Positions 43,120 to 54,059 of a stretch of DNA of 64,000 nucleotides are shown piece after piece. The DNA is from Epithemia pelagica (taxonomy: Eukaryota > Protista > Bacillariophyta), in NCBI GenBank assembly GCA_946965045.2, contig OX337237.1, positions 1,178,001 through 1,242,000 of the forward strand. The letters are read 5' to 3'. The notes below the pieces were generated by a model. The model was not told the origin of the DNA. It ran no database searches and saw only the letters and a program-made list of their open reading frames with translations. Made by a program: the position numbers and the translations under genes. How positions within the stretch are numbered: the stretch's first letter is position 1; each line of letters opens with the position of its first letter.

Positions 43120-46100
43120 ATGAAGTGGTGGGGAGCCGTCCTGGGCCTTTGGTGGTCGTTGTGCGTGTCGGGGACGTGGGCCAGCCACACTCATCATGAT
43201 GGTGGTCCTCCTCCTTCGTTGGCACAACCCGTGACAAGCAGGTTGCGTGGTGGTGGTGGTCGACCCTTGTCCAATACAAAGAAAAAGGGTCCTCCCACCC
43301 GCATCGCTGGATACCGTGGAACGCAACAGGATTGGGTCCTGGACCAGTATTATTATGACCAAGAGTCCTTGTTGCTGCGAGAACCACCACGAGACTCGAC
43401 CACGAATGTCACCACCACAACGACAACGACAAGTCTGCCAGCCCCTTGGACGCTAGGGTATTCCTGGAATGTCAGCAAGGAGAGTCTGCAATGGAGGGTG
43501 TGTCACAACCACCCAAATAACGACCCATCCACAACCACAGCGAATACTAGTACTCCTACAACGAATACGACCGCACTGGTCTTGGCGTGGAATTCACAGG
43601 GACAGCCACTATTGCAACCCGTCACCGAACCAGTACAGCATTCTCTCCTTGGTCTCCCCATTTATGGCTTGTTTGGTGTCTATTCCGTCCCCTCGGGGCA
43701 CGTTTGGGTTTGGATTGCGGGGGCTGAAGCCGTTTATTCGGCACCGAGTCCACATCACGACCATAACCAAAACAATGGCAATAGTGATGCTCTCGATTCC
43801 TGGTGGACCATTGCCAAGGTGACGCGATTGCAATTGGTCCATGTTCCCTTCTCTTCCTCCACGACTACTCCACCATCGTCCCAAGAAGCACGACAGGTGC
43901 GCTTGTTGCGACAAGCCTTGCAAGATCATGACTGGTATTATTGTCCGCGTCCTCGTCGTCGTTCTTCGTCGTCGTCCACCGACCAACCCCCAATGGTCAT
44001 TCCCGACATGACACGGTCCTTACAAGACAATATAGCCCAACGTTCCAACCAACAACCACAACCAACCATTGGAGAGGACAAGAATGACAATGACGATGAG
44101 TCCTTGCTTTCCGCCTTGTCCTTTCCCGACGAGCGCTTTTTTTGGAATCAAGCCGTCTTGGAACCCGTCTGGCAGGCCTCCTTGTCGTCGTCTGGGTCGC
44201 ACAGCAGGGACTGGATACGATCCGTCTTGGTTCCCGTCACATCGGCCTTTGTGGGTATTTCGACGTCACACGATGACACTGACAATAACAACGACAACAC
44301 CAATACTGCTTCCTTGTCCTATCATCAACTCGTCGTGTCCCGTCGTTCCAAATGGCGGGCCGGAACGCGCTTTACCAAACGAGGGGCCAATGGCTTGGGC
44401 CAGGTGGCCAATTATGCCGAAACGGAACAAGTCGTCCTGGTACCAACAAGTACCAGCAAAATGGTGTGGTGTGCCAGTCATTTGCAGGTACGGGGCAGTA
44501 TTCCCTTGCATTGGAGTAGTCCGTCCGATATCAAAACCTATCGCCCCAAGGTCCGGATTGGGACCAATCCCCTGGCGCAAGCACGGGCCCTCCGACACCA
44601 TTTGCTTGATTTGGTACAACGACATGTCGTTGTCGTACCATCCGTGCGTCCTCGTCCCACCACCACTACGACAAGGAGTCCCAGCCTGGTCTTGCTCAAT
44701 TTGGTCGATCAAAAACACGATCAAGGACGACTCGGACGGACCATGGATGCGGTTCTGCAGGCCGTTTTGAATGTCTATGAAACAAACCTACCATCCATCT
44801 CCAACAACAACAACAACAATAATACCATGACCACACCGGACGAGTGGACAACCAGAATGGGGGAAACGAAGAATGACAGCACTCTCGAGGCGTCCCTCGT
44901 GAACCAGAACGACCACAATATTGAAAAGGACCACAACGACCCGTTTCTCTTGTTGCAGCAATTGAATTCCCAAACGATTCATCACGAATGGTTTGATTTT
45001 CATGCCAAGGTCAAGGGTGGCAAATGGGATGTTGGTCTCGAGTCCTTGTGGCAAACCATGAAACCCATGGTACAAGACCATTCCTACTTTTGTGCCTCCT
45101 TGGACATGAACAACAACAATGACGAACAGGAGTGGCACGTGTACGATTGGCAAACGGGGATTGTGCGAACCAATTGTATGGATTGTTTGGATCGGACCAA
45201 TGTCGTGCAAGGACTCTTTGCCAAACATGTCTTGGAGGAACAATTGGACCGAGTGGCGACCCAGTTTGGACCCAACGACTCGCCGTTGTGGACGGACGCG
45301 TCTCAAGTCGCCCATCGACTCTTGTGGGCCGACAATGCCGATGCCATGTCCCGGTTGTATGCCGGCACACCGGCTCTCAAGGGCGATTATACCCGGACCG
45401 GACAACGTACCAAAAAGGGTGCCTTGGACGATGGCGTCAATTCCGTCCAACGATATTATCTCAACAACTTTATGGATGCGGATCGACAAGAAGGCATTGA
45501 CTTGCTCTTGGGTGATGTCAAACGGCCCTTTGGAGACACGGATGACGACGACGACGACATGGTGGACATGGAGCAGGACGACACCGACACTGGCACTCCC
45601 CTGGATTTTGTCCGAAGTCTCTTGACCGGAGCCTCGCCCTTTTCAGCCGCCCCATCGCCGTCTGTTTATGGTAATCATGGATCAGAAGTGAACCATCCGG
45701 GATTGAGCAGTAGCAGCAAGTTTTTATCCACCAATGGGGGTGCCCTGGCCTCCACAACCCATTCAAGTACAACGGCGACATTGCTACAATTACCATGGCT
45801 TCCCGGAGATTTGAGAGGACAAGTGCAAAATCTCGTGACACAGCATGCCTCGACACGAACGGAACAAGATTCCTTGCGGGCCATGGACCATCGTGCGGCC
45901 CGTGACCAACCTTGGTGGGTGGTGACCGAGGATGAAACGGACGAAGAAGAAGAACCACAGAAAACGACACTTGAACCTAATAGCGCCGAGACAACACAAG
46001 GCATGGATTCCTCCTTTTCCATGAGTCACAATCATCCTCATTTGTTGGGCGCGGTTTTGGCCGTGACATTTTTGTGGGATAGTTCCAAGGGTCCCTACCT

Positions 46101-46149
46101 ATTGGCGGCCCTCGTCATGGGAATCTCGGGTTGGGCCTTGTTCGAATAG
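43120..46149 (+). CDS. SAC1-family phosphoinositide phosphatase
   Basis: DERFFWN, SRRSKWRAGTRFTKRG, VANYAETEQ, VRGSIPLHW, WFDFH, catalytic RTNCMDCLDRTNVVQ, LWADNADAMSRLYAGT. C-terminal hydrophobic segments. Confidence 0.93.
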   Translation: MKWWGAVLGLWWSLCVSGTWASHTHHDGGPPPSLAQPVTSRLRGGGGRPLSNTKKKGPPTRIAGYRGTQQDWVLDQYYYDQESLLLREPPRDSTTNVTTTTTTTSLPAPWTLGYSWNVSKESLQWRVCHNHPNNDPSTTTANTSTPTTNTTALVLAWNSQGQPLLQPVTEPVQHSLLGLPIYGLFGVYSVPSGHVWVWIAGAEAVYSAPSPHHDHNQNNGNSDALDSWWTIAKVTRLQLVHVPFSSSTTTPPSSQEARQVRLLRQALQDHDWYYCPRPRRRSSSSSTDQPPMVIPDMTRSLQDNIAQRSNQQPQPTIGEDKNDNDDESLLSALSFPDERFFWNQAVLEPVWQASLSSSGSHSRDWIRSVLVPVTSAFVGISTSHDDTDNNNDNTNTASLSYHQLVVSRRSKWRAGTRFTKRGANGLGQVANYAETEQVVLVPTSTSKMVWCASHLQVRGSIPLHWSSPSDIKTYRPKVRIGTNPLAQARALRHHLLDLVQRHVVVVPSVRPRPTTTTTRSPSLVLLNLVDQKHDQGRLGRTMDAVLQAVLNVYETNLPSISNNNNNNNTMTTPDEWTTRMGETKNDSTLEASLVNQNDHNIEKDHNDPFLLLQQLNSQTIHHEWFDFHAKVKGGKWDVGLESLWQTMKPMVQDHSYFCASLDMNNNNDEQEWHVYDWQTGIVRTNCMDCLDRTNVVQGLFAKHVLEEQLDRVATQFGPNDSPLWTDASQVAHRLLWADNADAMSRLYAGTPALKGDYTRTGQRTKKGALDDGVNSVQRYYLNNFMDADRQEGIDLLLGDVKRPFGDTDDDDDDMVDMEQDDTDTGTPLDFVRSLLTGASPFSAAPSPSVYGNHGSEVNHPGLSSSSKFLSTNGGALASTTHSSTTATLLQLPWLPGDLRGQVQNLVTQHASTRTEQDSLRAMDHRAARDQPWWVVTEDETDEEEEPQKTTLEPNSAETTQGMDSSFSMSHNHPHLLGAVLAVTFLWDSSKGPYLLAALVMGISGWALFE

Positions 46150-46858
46150 AAACAACGCACACGGACCAACGATTTGAGTGGACGCCATTCGTTTGATACC
46201 CTCTGTTGTATCCTTGAAAGCCCACCTACCAATTGGAATCCACATTGTCATGGTGTGGAAGGCAAACTTGTGTGTGCTCCGTCTTGAGGGAAGACAAGAC
46301 CTGTAGGAGGGTCTGACAACTGAGCTAAGTTCTTCCTGATATTGATCAGGCATACATATACTATTAAAATATAGAGGTACATGCACTCCCGTAGTAGTGC
46401 ACACTACTCCTATTTAAATTCTACTCCTTCTATGTAAGAAGAAAGAATACATGTCCCTCTGTTTCATGGTCAATAGCCACTACTCGTACCCAATTCTCGC
46501 GTCACACAATCACGCTCGACCAGAAGGTCGCTCTACTTGTACCATTGCTTATACAATGCGTATGCATGAACCACCCTCGTCTTTGGAAACAGAATGGGGA
46601 ACGGAACTGAAGTGACCGCACCGAGCTAATATGAAAATGCTATTACCCCGTATAGCAAGCCAATAGAAATGTGAGACGAACAAGTTAGTCTGATATACAA
46701 AAGTCCGTAGATCACCGGCTGGCCGCAAGTACCTGGGTATAGCTCGCTTGTTTCCAAGGCAAACACTGAAGATGCTCGTTAACCGTCGCGTCTCGTTGCG
46801 GTTCCATCGATGGTCCATCATGTTCTCGGTTTGTGGTGGCGGGGACTGGTGATGGTCA

Positions 46859-49800
46859 TCACCGTCTCCTCGTTCCTTCCATTGTTGGTTCTTGATGCCG
46901 CCGCAAAAAGTCTTGAACGGCGCCATGAAGTGCATCTCGTTGAGGATCAAAGGGTTGTTGCTCCTTTTTCATTTCCTCCAACACGTACTGAATCCATTGC
47001 ACTTTGACCGATGGGTCGTATGCGTGGGAATTGTGAACAATGCAATGCAATACATGATTAAAGGTACAGATATTGGGCACCAACACCCTGTGATGAGGAG
47101 GTGGGGGGACACGGAATTCTTCGTCGTCTTGTGGCAAGGGCCTCTTGTCGTTGGATGGATCCGGCGGCACAGTATGGGATGGTCGTGGCTCTTGTCGCAT
47201 GCGGTACCACAAGTTCCATACATGATCCATGGCATTGGCAGTAGTTTGAGGGGAATATGCCCAACATTCCAAAACAATATTGTAGGAAACCACATTGGGA
47301 CACACGGATGGCAAGGCTCCCAATTGATTCAACCAGTCTTCGGCCTGTTGGGCCGCCGATCGAGACGGTTCGGACGACAATGACGCAGGGGCCGCATTCG
47401 TTGGATGTTCCAAGGATGGATTTCTTCCTCCCAAATCGGCCCAAACGGAATGAAGACAGGTCTTGAGACAAAAATTCAAGAGGGAATCATTGGGTTCCAA
47501 TTCGGTATCTCCCTTTTGTTGACTGGCCGTCAAGACTTGGTTCAAGAGTTCTTGTACCAGTGCCAGATTGGCAGTGCGTCCTACGGCACAAATCGTACGA
47601 GTATACAAATGCAACTTGGTGGGACCGTCTCCTGGATACGGTCCCAAACGGTCCGTGCCGTCATTTGTCGTTATCGTCATGGCTTGTTGCAAGGCTGTCA
47701 CGGCTTGATTTGCCGCATGGGTATTCCAATCTTCGGACATGGATTGGATCATGGAGACAGGGTCTCGAATGGTCCGTTGACTGCGTTCCCATACATTGAT
47801 TCGTGCCATGTACGAAAACCGGTTGGGTTGAAATAAGCATTGTCGGGCCGCAGTACGTGTGTCATTGTTGTTGTTGTCGTCGTCGTTCACAGTGTTGGAA
47901 GTTGGATTCTGCAACGGCCACATGTCCACGTGCTGTGGCAACCTTTCTTGGTATGGTGGTGGTTCTTCTTCTTGTGGTTGTGCTTGTGCGTCGGTCGTCG
48001 TTGTTGCCGCAATGGGACGGAAATGTTGCGGCGCCGTGGTAAATTCGTGCCAGAGCAATTCCAATTCTCGGGCAGCCACGGGCTGAGAAAAGGATTCGAC
48101 CATGGCGGCTCGGGCCCAGGCATTGAGAATGACATTGTAATGGTGCATGGTCGGAAGAATCGTATCGTCGTCGTCGTCCAGTGTCATCATGTGACGCAAG
48201 GTATCGGTCGCCTTTTGTGGTTGATTGGCCTTGGACCAGGCATCCATGACAATCCCAAAGACGTGAGGACTTGGACGCAAATCCGTTTGGTCGGTATGGA
48301 TATTGTTGTTGTTGTTGTTTATGTTGTTGGTGGTAGGGGTCGTTTCGGCAGTTTGTTTTTGTTGTTGATACAATTCCAAAAGCAAATGCAAGAGTTGTTC
48401 GCACACTTGTGCCGCAGCTTGATGGGGATCTTCTTCTGCTTCTTCTCCCGGAAGATGATGATGTTTTGTTGGAGACGGTCCGTGTGGTGATTGTGGTGGT
48501 TTTCGGGGACCCGCCCGCACCAATGGTTGTTTGGACAGGGCCGTCATGAGAGTCCCAAACGAGGTCACGTCGGGATGACAGTGTGGATTCCGACCAGACT
48601 TGTAATCATCAATCATGGTTTCAAACAAGGCTTGGACTTGATCCACCCGTCGTTTGTCGTGTCGCGCATGGGCATGCATGAGTTGATTGAACAACCGGGG
48701 TGTCAAGGAAAAGGGCACGACCGGTACACGACGAGACGACGAAGAAGCAGAAGAAGAGGATGTGGTTGGTGAGTGCTCCTGCGTTTGTTGTGCCGCCGTT
48801 GCCGCGGCGACTCGAGACCGCAAGTCATTGAGCACGTCATGCGCCCGATTCCAATACCCGGCACGGGTCAAACGAGTCAAAATCATGGAAACAGCCTGTT
48901 CCGTGGGTGCCAATCGGGCGGGTTGTCCCAATTGCTGATAGAGGGGCAACCAGATTGTTTGCAACAAGGCTTGCATTTGCAAGGGAGGTTGCTGCGCCGA
49001 ATGGGGAGAAGAAGAGGGTGTCTGGGACCACGCCTCCAAGAGTTGCATCAAGAGGTTGGCCGTGGGAGGGACGGACAAATTGCCGTGTCGAAATAAGCGA
49101 ACATAGTGATGCAAATAGGCGTGGGCATAGTGTGGTTTTCCAAAGTGACTGGCGTGTTCCATCAACATGGTCAAGATGCGATATTCGGGCGTCCATGGAA
49201 TGGCTTGATGATGCGGATCCAAGGCCTGCATGACATTGGTATGCAACAAGGACCATTGTTCCTCATCCAAGGGTCGAAAGAGGCCAGTTGTTGTTGTTGT
49301 TGTTGGTGGTGGTGGTGTGGTAGTAGCTGCTGGACGGTCCGGATCATCCGTCGTCGTGTGTGGCGACGACACGAACAACAAGTTTTGAAAAAAGGCGTGC
49401 ACGGCTTTGCATCGTGTCACATCTGTATCGGTGGCGGCAATCATGTGACAGGCGGCCATCCATCGTTCTCGACTCCACGCGGCGTCGTCCGACGACGAGG
49501 ATAAATGAGCAAAATCCATGGCCGACCATATATGGGGTCGCATCGTTCGCCAAAAGACTTTGGGGCTCGCGTGTTGACTGTGACGACGCTTGTCGTTGTC
49601 GTCCTTCGTCTTGGTCGTTTTCGTCTGGTCACTTGTGTTGGTCTTGGGATTCCGAGTGTTGTGGGACCTGTCATGATTGTCGACTGGATTCCATGATTGG
49701 TTTTCTTGTTGCGGATTCGGTTCGACCAAAAGGGAGGAAGAGGAGGAGGCATGCACATCGGTGGATGCCGCTCGATGAAACGTCTTGTTATTGTGGTTGT

Positions 49801-50011
49801 TGCTTCTTGGTACTCGTACAACAGGGTAGGAATGGATGGACGACGACGACGACCACCTGGACAACAACAAACAGACATGTCGTTGTTGTTGTTGTCTTGG
49901 TGGGCTTTGAATCCAACAAGGCACCGAAAACGAAGAATTGGTCACACTACATCGACGAGTCCATGGTGGTGGTGGTCTGCTTCGAATCCCACCACGACCA
50001 TGAAACCACAT
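46859..50011 (-). CDS. Pentatricopeptide-repeat (PPR) protein, probably organellar
   Basis: Repeats PRLFNQLMHAHAR, PDVTSFGTLMTALSK, PTMHHYNVILNAWAR, PNVVSYNIVLECWAY. Arg/Ser-rich N-terminus. Confidence 0.88.
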   Translation of the reverse strand: MWFHGRGGIRSRPPPPWTRRCSVTNSSFSVPCWIQSPPRQQQQRHVCLLLSRWSSSSSIHSYPVVRVPRSNNHNNKTFHRAASTDVHASSSSSLLVEPNPQQENQSWNPVDNHDRSHNTRNPKTNTSDQTKTTKTKDDNDKRRHSQHASPKVFWRTMRPHIWSAMDFAHLSSSSDDAAWSRERWMAACHMIAATDTDVTRCKAVHAFFQNLLFVSSPHTTTDDPDRPAATTTPPPPTTTTTTGLFRPLDEEQWSLLHTNVMQALDPHHQAIPWTPEYRILTMLMEHASHFGKPHYAHAYLHHYVRLFRHGNLSVPPTANLLMQLLEAWSQTPSSSPHSAQQPPLQMQALLQTIWLPLYQQLGQPARLAPTEQAVSMILTRLTRAGYWNRAHDVLNDLRSRVAAATAAQQTQEHSPTTSSSSASSSSRRVPVVPFSLTPRLFNQLMHAHARHDKRRVDQVQALFETMIDDYKSGRNPHCHPDVTSFGTLMTALSKQPLVRAGPRKPPQSPHGPSPTKHHHLPGEEAEEDPHQAAAQVCEQLLHLLLELYQQQKQTAETTPTTNNINNNNNNIHTDQTDLRPSPHVFGIVMDAWSKANQPQKATDTLRHMMTLDDDDDTILPTMHHYNVILNAWARAAMVESFSQPVAARELELLWHEFTTAPQHFRPIAATTTTDAQAQPQEEEPPPYQERLPQHVDMWPLQNPTSNTVNDDDNNNNDTRTAARQCLFQPNRFSYMARINVWERSQRTIRDPVSMIQSMSEDWNTHAANQAVTALQQAMTITTNDGTDRLGPYPGDGPTKLHLYTRTICAVGRTANLALVQELLNQVLTASQQKGDTELEPNDSLLNFCLKTCLHSVWADLGGRNPSLEHPTNAAPASLSSEPSRSAAQQAEDWLNQLGALPSVCPNVVSYNIVLECWAYSPQTTANAMDHVWNLWYRMRQEPRPSHTVPPDPSNDKRPLPQDDEEFRVPPPPHHRVLVPNICTFNHVLHCIVHNSHAYDPSVKVQWIQYVLEEMKKEQQPFDPQRDALHGAVQDFLRRHQEPTMEGTRRR

Positions 50012-50629
50012 GATGATGATGATGCTCTGCTCTTCTCGTTCTTTCTAAAAGTATTAGTAGCGATGTGGTGAAGAGGGAACCAAACCAAGAAACCGCAGGA
50101 ACGATCCAAAACTCGAATCCATCCGAAAGGAAGCACCACGTCCACTGGAACTTTTTGGAACGGACATGTACCAAACTATCGTTCGATCGTTCGTCCGTTA
50201 ACGTTTCGTTTGTTGGTTGCCTTCTACCGATTGGATCTTTGTCTTTTGTGGTTCTCCTCTCATCAATATCCAGGATCCATTCTCTCGAATGTCGTGATTG
50301 ATTTCCTTCTCTTCTTGGCGTCAACTCTATCAACGACATGTACCAAGAGAGAATGGGATCTTTGTTTGGTCTGCACGACGTCCGTAACCCATCGAACCGC
50401 CAGTCCGTTCATGGACCGGCGTTTGATCGGTGTCGCGCGCCGAGCCCCACTTTATGTTTCGCGGCGCACCTCGACACAACTTGACGTCGGTATCTTTTGT
50501 GGGTGTGTGTGGTTCGCATCGCATCGAGCGGTTGCTGGGGACTCTGGAACGTCGTCTGGAGATCCAACCATTCTATTAGTGTTAGTACTGCACCATTTTC
50601 CTTGAAAACGAGCGAATGACAAATAAATC

Positions 50630-52135
50630 ATGAGACAACAATTCATGTCGATCAACGCGGGGGGTCGTCGACCTTGCGGAAGCATTAGGACAAGATTCGA
50701 CCCAACGACAACGAGGTCCCATCCTGTATCCGGAATTGTCTTGGTGGTGTTCTTGTTGCTGGTGTCGAACGTGTCCTCTCTGAACCAACCACCACCACTG
50801 TCGCCGTTCCCACCAACAACACCACAACCTTCCAAATCACCAAAAAGTCAATGCCCCCACATCAATGCTCCAGAGGATCCTAGTAGTAGTACTACCACTA
50901 CACGTCGGACATGGATGCGGCAATCGCTCGTGTGGGGACTGTTCACCACCACCACTACACTAGCCACCAAAGCCACTTCCGCGACAGCCGCCGCAGCAAC
51001 ACCACCAGATTCATCATTCTTGTCGTTGGACGAATTGGCCCGGCAATTGACGCACGATTTGACCGTGGGTGCGACCAACCAGGGATCGTACTTGTTGACG
51101 GGGGATTTGAATCCAGCCTTGTTTCAAGACGACTGTCAATTTATCGATCCCACGACCCGTGTCACGAGTGTCCAACGCTATCAACAAGCGGTCCGGCACT
51201 TGTTTGACGCCAAACGATCGACGGTGGAAGTGTTGACACCCCTCGTCGTCGACCCGGATTCCCACACCATTTCCACCACGTTCCGGTCTCGAGGAGTTTT
51301 GCAATTGCCGTGGAATCCCTATATCACGGCGTACGAATCCACCTTGGTCTATCGTGTTTCCGAAACGACGGGATTGATTGAGGAACAGCGACAAACCTGG
51401 ACCAAATCCGTGGTCCAAGCCGTGCGGGAAACGGTGACACCCACCCTGTATACACCTCCTCCCAAATCCTCCGCACCCCCACCCACGAACGAACCCGCCA
51501 TGGTCACACGCTTGTTTGACTTGTGCAATGGTCGACGTCCCACGGAATACAGTGCGCAAGAACGCACGGAAATTACCATGCTTCTCAATGCCCTGGAACA
51601 GGACGACCAAGCATCACCCAAAGTCGATTGGGATCCCTCCTTGACGCAAGGATCCTGGCAACTCGTCTTTTTGGAACCGGGTCCCAACGGCGGTGGCGTC
51701 GATCGACGGGTCCCCCTCTTTCCCGAATTGGGTTGGAATGATCAATATCAAATTTTTGGCGTGGACGAGACCGTCTACACCACCTTGCCGAATCCCGCAC
51801 CAAATCGCCTGGTCAATATTGGACAAGTGTGGGGACCCAACTTGTACGTTCGTGTCTTGGGAACCTTTGCCGAGGTGGATCCCACGGCCACGGCCAGTCC
51901 CAAACGATTGCAAGCCGATATCACGTCGGGACAAGTGTGTTGGCAACAACCAGCCGCACAATCACGACGACAATCTTCCACTCCTCTGGTGGTGCGTTCG
52001 GAATCGTGTCTGGACTTGCCCATTCAAGGGATGGGCTTGTTTGATTCCTTGTATTTGGGACCTCGCTTGCGGACGTTGCGAAATATCAATGGTACCGGGG
52101 CACGGGGCATTCAAATTCGCATGACGCAATCCTGA
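50630..52135 (+). CDS. DUF2358/SnoaL-like + fibrillin-like two-domain protein with signal peptide and twin-Arg motif
   Basis: Hydrophobic IVLVVFLLLVSNVSS, then TTRRTWMRQSLVWG..ATAAAA. YLLTGDL..LFQDDCQFIDPT..GVLQLPW domain. Second domain LLNALE..GSWQLVF..FDSLYLGPRLR. Confidence 0.7.
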   Translation: MRQQFMSINAGGRRPCGSIRTRFDPTTTRSHPVSGIVLVVFLLLVSNVSSLNQPPPLSPFPPTTPQPSKSPKSQCPHINAPEDPSSSTTTTRRTWMRQSLVWGLFTTTTTLATKATSATAAAATPPDSSFLSLDELARQLTHDLTVGATNQGSYLLTGDLNPALFQDDCQFIDPTTRVTSVQRYQQAVRHLFDAKRSTVEVLTPLVVDPDSHTISTTFRSRGVLQLPWNPYITAYESTLVYRVSETTGLIEEQRQTWTKSVVQAVRETVTPTLYTPPPKSSAPPPTNEPAMVTRLFDLCNGRRPTEYSAQERTEITMLLNALEQDDQASPKVDWDPSLTQGSWQLVFLEPGPNGGGVDRRVPLFPELGWNDQYQIFGVDETVYTTLPNPAPNRLVNIGQVWGPNLYVRVLGTFAEVDPTATASPKRLQADITSGQVCWQQPAAQSRRQSSTPLVVRSESCLDLPIQGMGLFDSLYLGPRLRTLRNINGTGARGIQIRMTQS

Positions 52136-53012
52136 TAACAACAACAACAACGGCGGTGGTGACGACAGCGACGACAAGAGCAACCACCAGCGACAATCAC
52201 AAGGAATCCATTTTAGTGTCATTTGATATACAAAACATCCATTCCCTAAATCAAGAATCACAACCCCGTTCCATCGGATGGACGGTGCAACTTGTTGTGT
52301 GTATGTCCTACTACATAGAATATATGCTTGTTTTACAAACATTCTACTTGTGACAGATCCATCCACTCCATCCTATTATACCAAGCCAACAAAGCAGTGT
52401 GAGTGAGTGAGTTCCATTCTTTGGGACATTCCTTCTCCTGCTTCTTATTTGGCATGGAGCATCTCATCGCAGACACGATCGGAGAGTATCGCATCGCAGA
52501 CATGGACACACAAATCTCCTGATCTGCAACCCTTCGAATGACAACAAGGTTTGTGCCGTCAAAATAGTGTGTCTATTCAAAACATTTAAGGAAGGTACCA
52601 CATTGTCATTTGAATGATCTTTCGTGATCACACCTGTGCACGTGTGTCTTGTCTGCCAAATGGTATTGGACAGCTTGCCACCTAGCCCAGTATTTCTTCG
52701 ATCGAACCATATCCGGCACCAACACTTTGGGTGTCCTGGACGACTCAGTGTGATGGAGCCACTTGTTCTCAAACTCTGCAACAAATCAAACTACCTTGTG
52801 CGTGTTCCTTCACAATGTCGTTGTCCACAATAGTCGAGCTGGACAAAATCTTGTACCGTACATTACTCAAATGACCGTACGTTTCGCGTTCTGTCTCATT
52901 CCCAAAAGCACCACGGTCCAACCACAATCCTGGCGAATCCAACGAGACACGCAGAATGCTTCCTGTGTGTCAGTGTCACGGTGGAATATTCTATCCACTT
53001 CCTGGTAGTCTC

Positions 53013-53519
53013 TTAGGATTCACTCTTGTCCTGGCTATTCAAGGCCAACCCTCCACCACCAATCTTTTGGTGATAGACAGTTGCCGCAATTTCAACCTTG
53101 GCAATGTGTCGACCGGGCAGCATGGCTTGTTGCAATCGACGAATGACAGTCTTGGTGGTGGTATTGCTGCTCGTACTATCGTTGGTATAATCAGACGACG
53201 AAATGGACCGTCGTTCGACGCAATCGGCCAAAATAATATTCTTCCTGAAATAAATAAAATTCATGTCAGAGAGACATGATGAGAAGATCATCCCTTGCAT
53301 CCCGGATCATCTCCAACCCGCAATGGATTGTCAGGACGACGACGACCAAAACGACGCAACGTACATTCGATCAATGCAGACAAATCGACCCGTGGCCGTT
53401 CGTCCATCGGACATGGTACAGTGAATGCGACAGCCGAGCAATTGGAAGACGACTTCCTTATTGTGCTTGGCCTCCGATTCAGACGATGGAGTGGTCGTTC
53501 CTGTTGGCGTAGCAGTCAT
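53013..53519 (-). CDS. NAA38: LSM-domain protein, NAA38/MAK31-like (NatC auxiliary subunit); exons 53519-53365 and 53244-53013
   Basis: Spliced product LLGCRIHCTMSDGRTATGRFVCIDRMKNIILADC..AMLPGRHIAKVEI. 120-nt GTACGT..CAG intron. Confidence 0.8.
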
Positions 53520-54059
53520 TGTGCAACGACACCGGATTCGTCAAGAAACACAGAGGGGGTATCACGAACTCGATTCTCGAACGGCAGCAACACAACGGCG
53601 GCAACATAAAGGAAAACGTCGCGGTGAGTTGACTGACAGGAATATTGTCCGTAAAGGTTAAGAACTGTTTCGTCAGTAAAAAGACCTACATACAGTCTGG
53701 GGATTTTGGCGATCGCATCGACATGCAGTCGCGCTATCCATGGTACTGATTTCGGTATAGTAGTAGCTAGAAATTTCCCGATGCCTCTAAGTATCCGAAT
53801 CGCGCGAGCCGCGGTCGCAGGTGGTGCGGACACACAAGTTGATGTTTTGATGGTTCTCTGATCTGTGGATGACGATGGTCTGTGAGACGATTTGATAGAG
53901 AGCAGACACTTTTCCTTCTGCAAGTTCTTGTGTTGGTTTGCTGATGTGATATGTTGGTGTTTTCCGGTAACGAGTTTACATGTAAATCACTACGAAGAAG
54001 AAGAAGAAGATCATATCCTCCACAAGACGCAGCAGCAGCGGTGCAGGAGGCTGGTCCGA

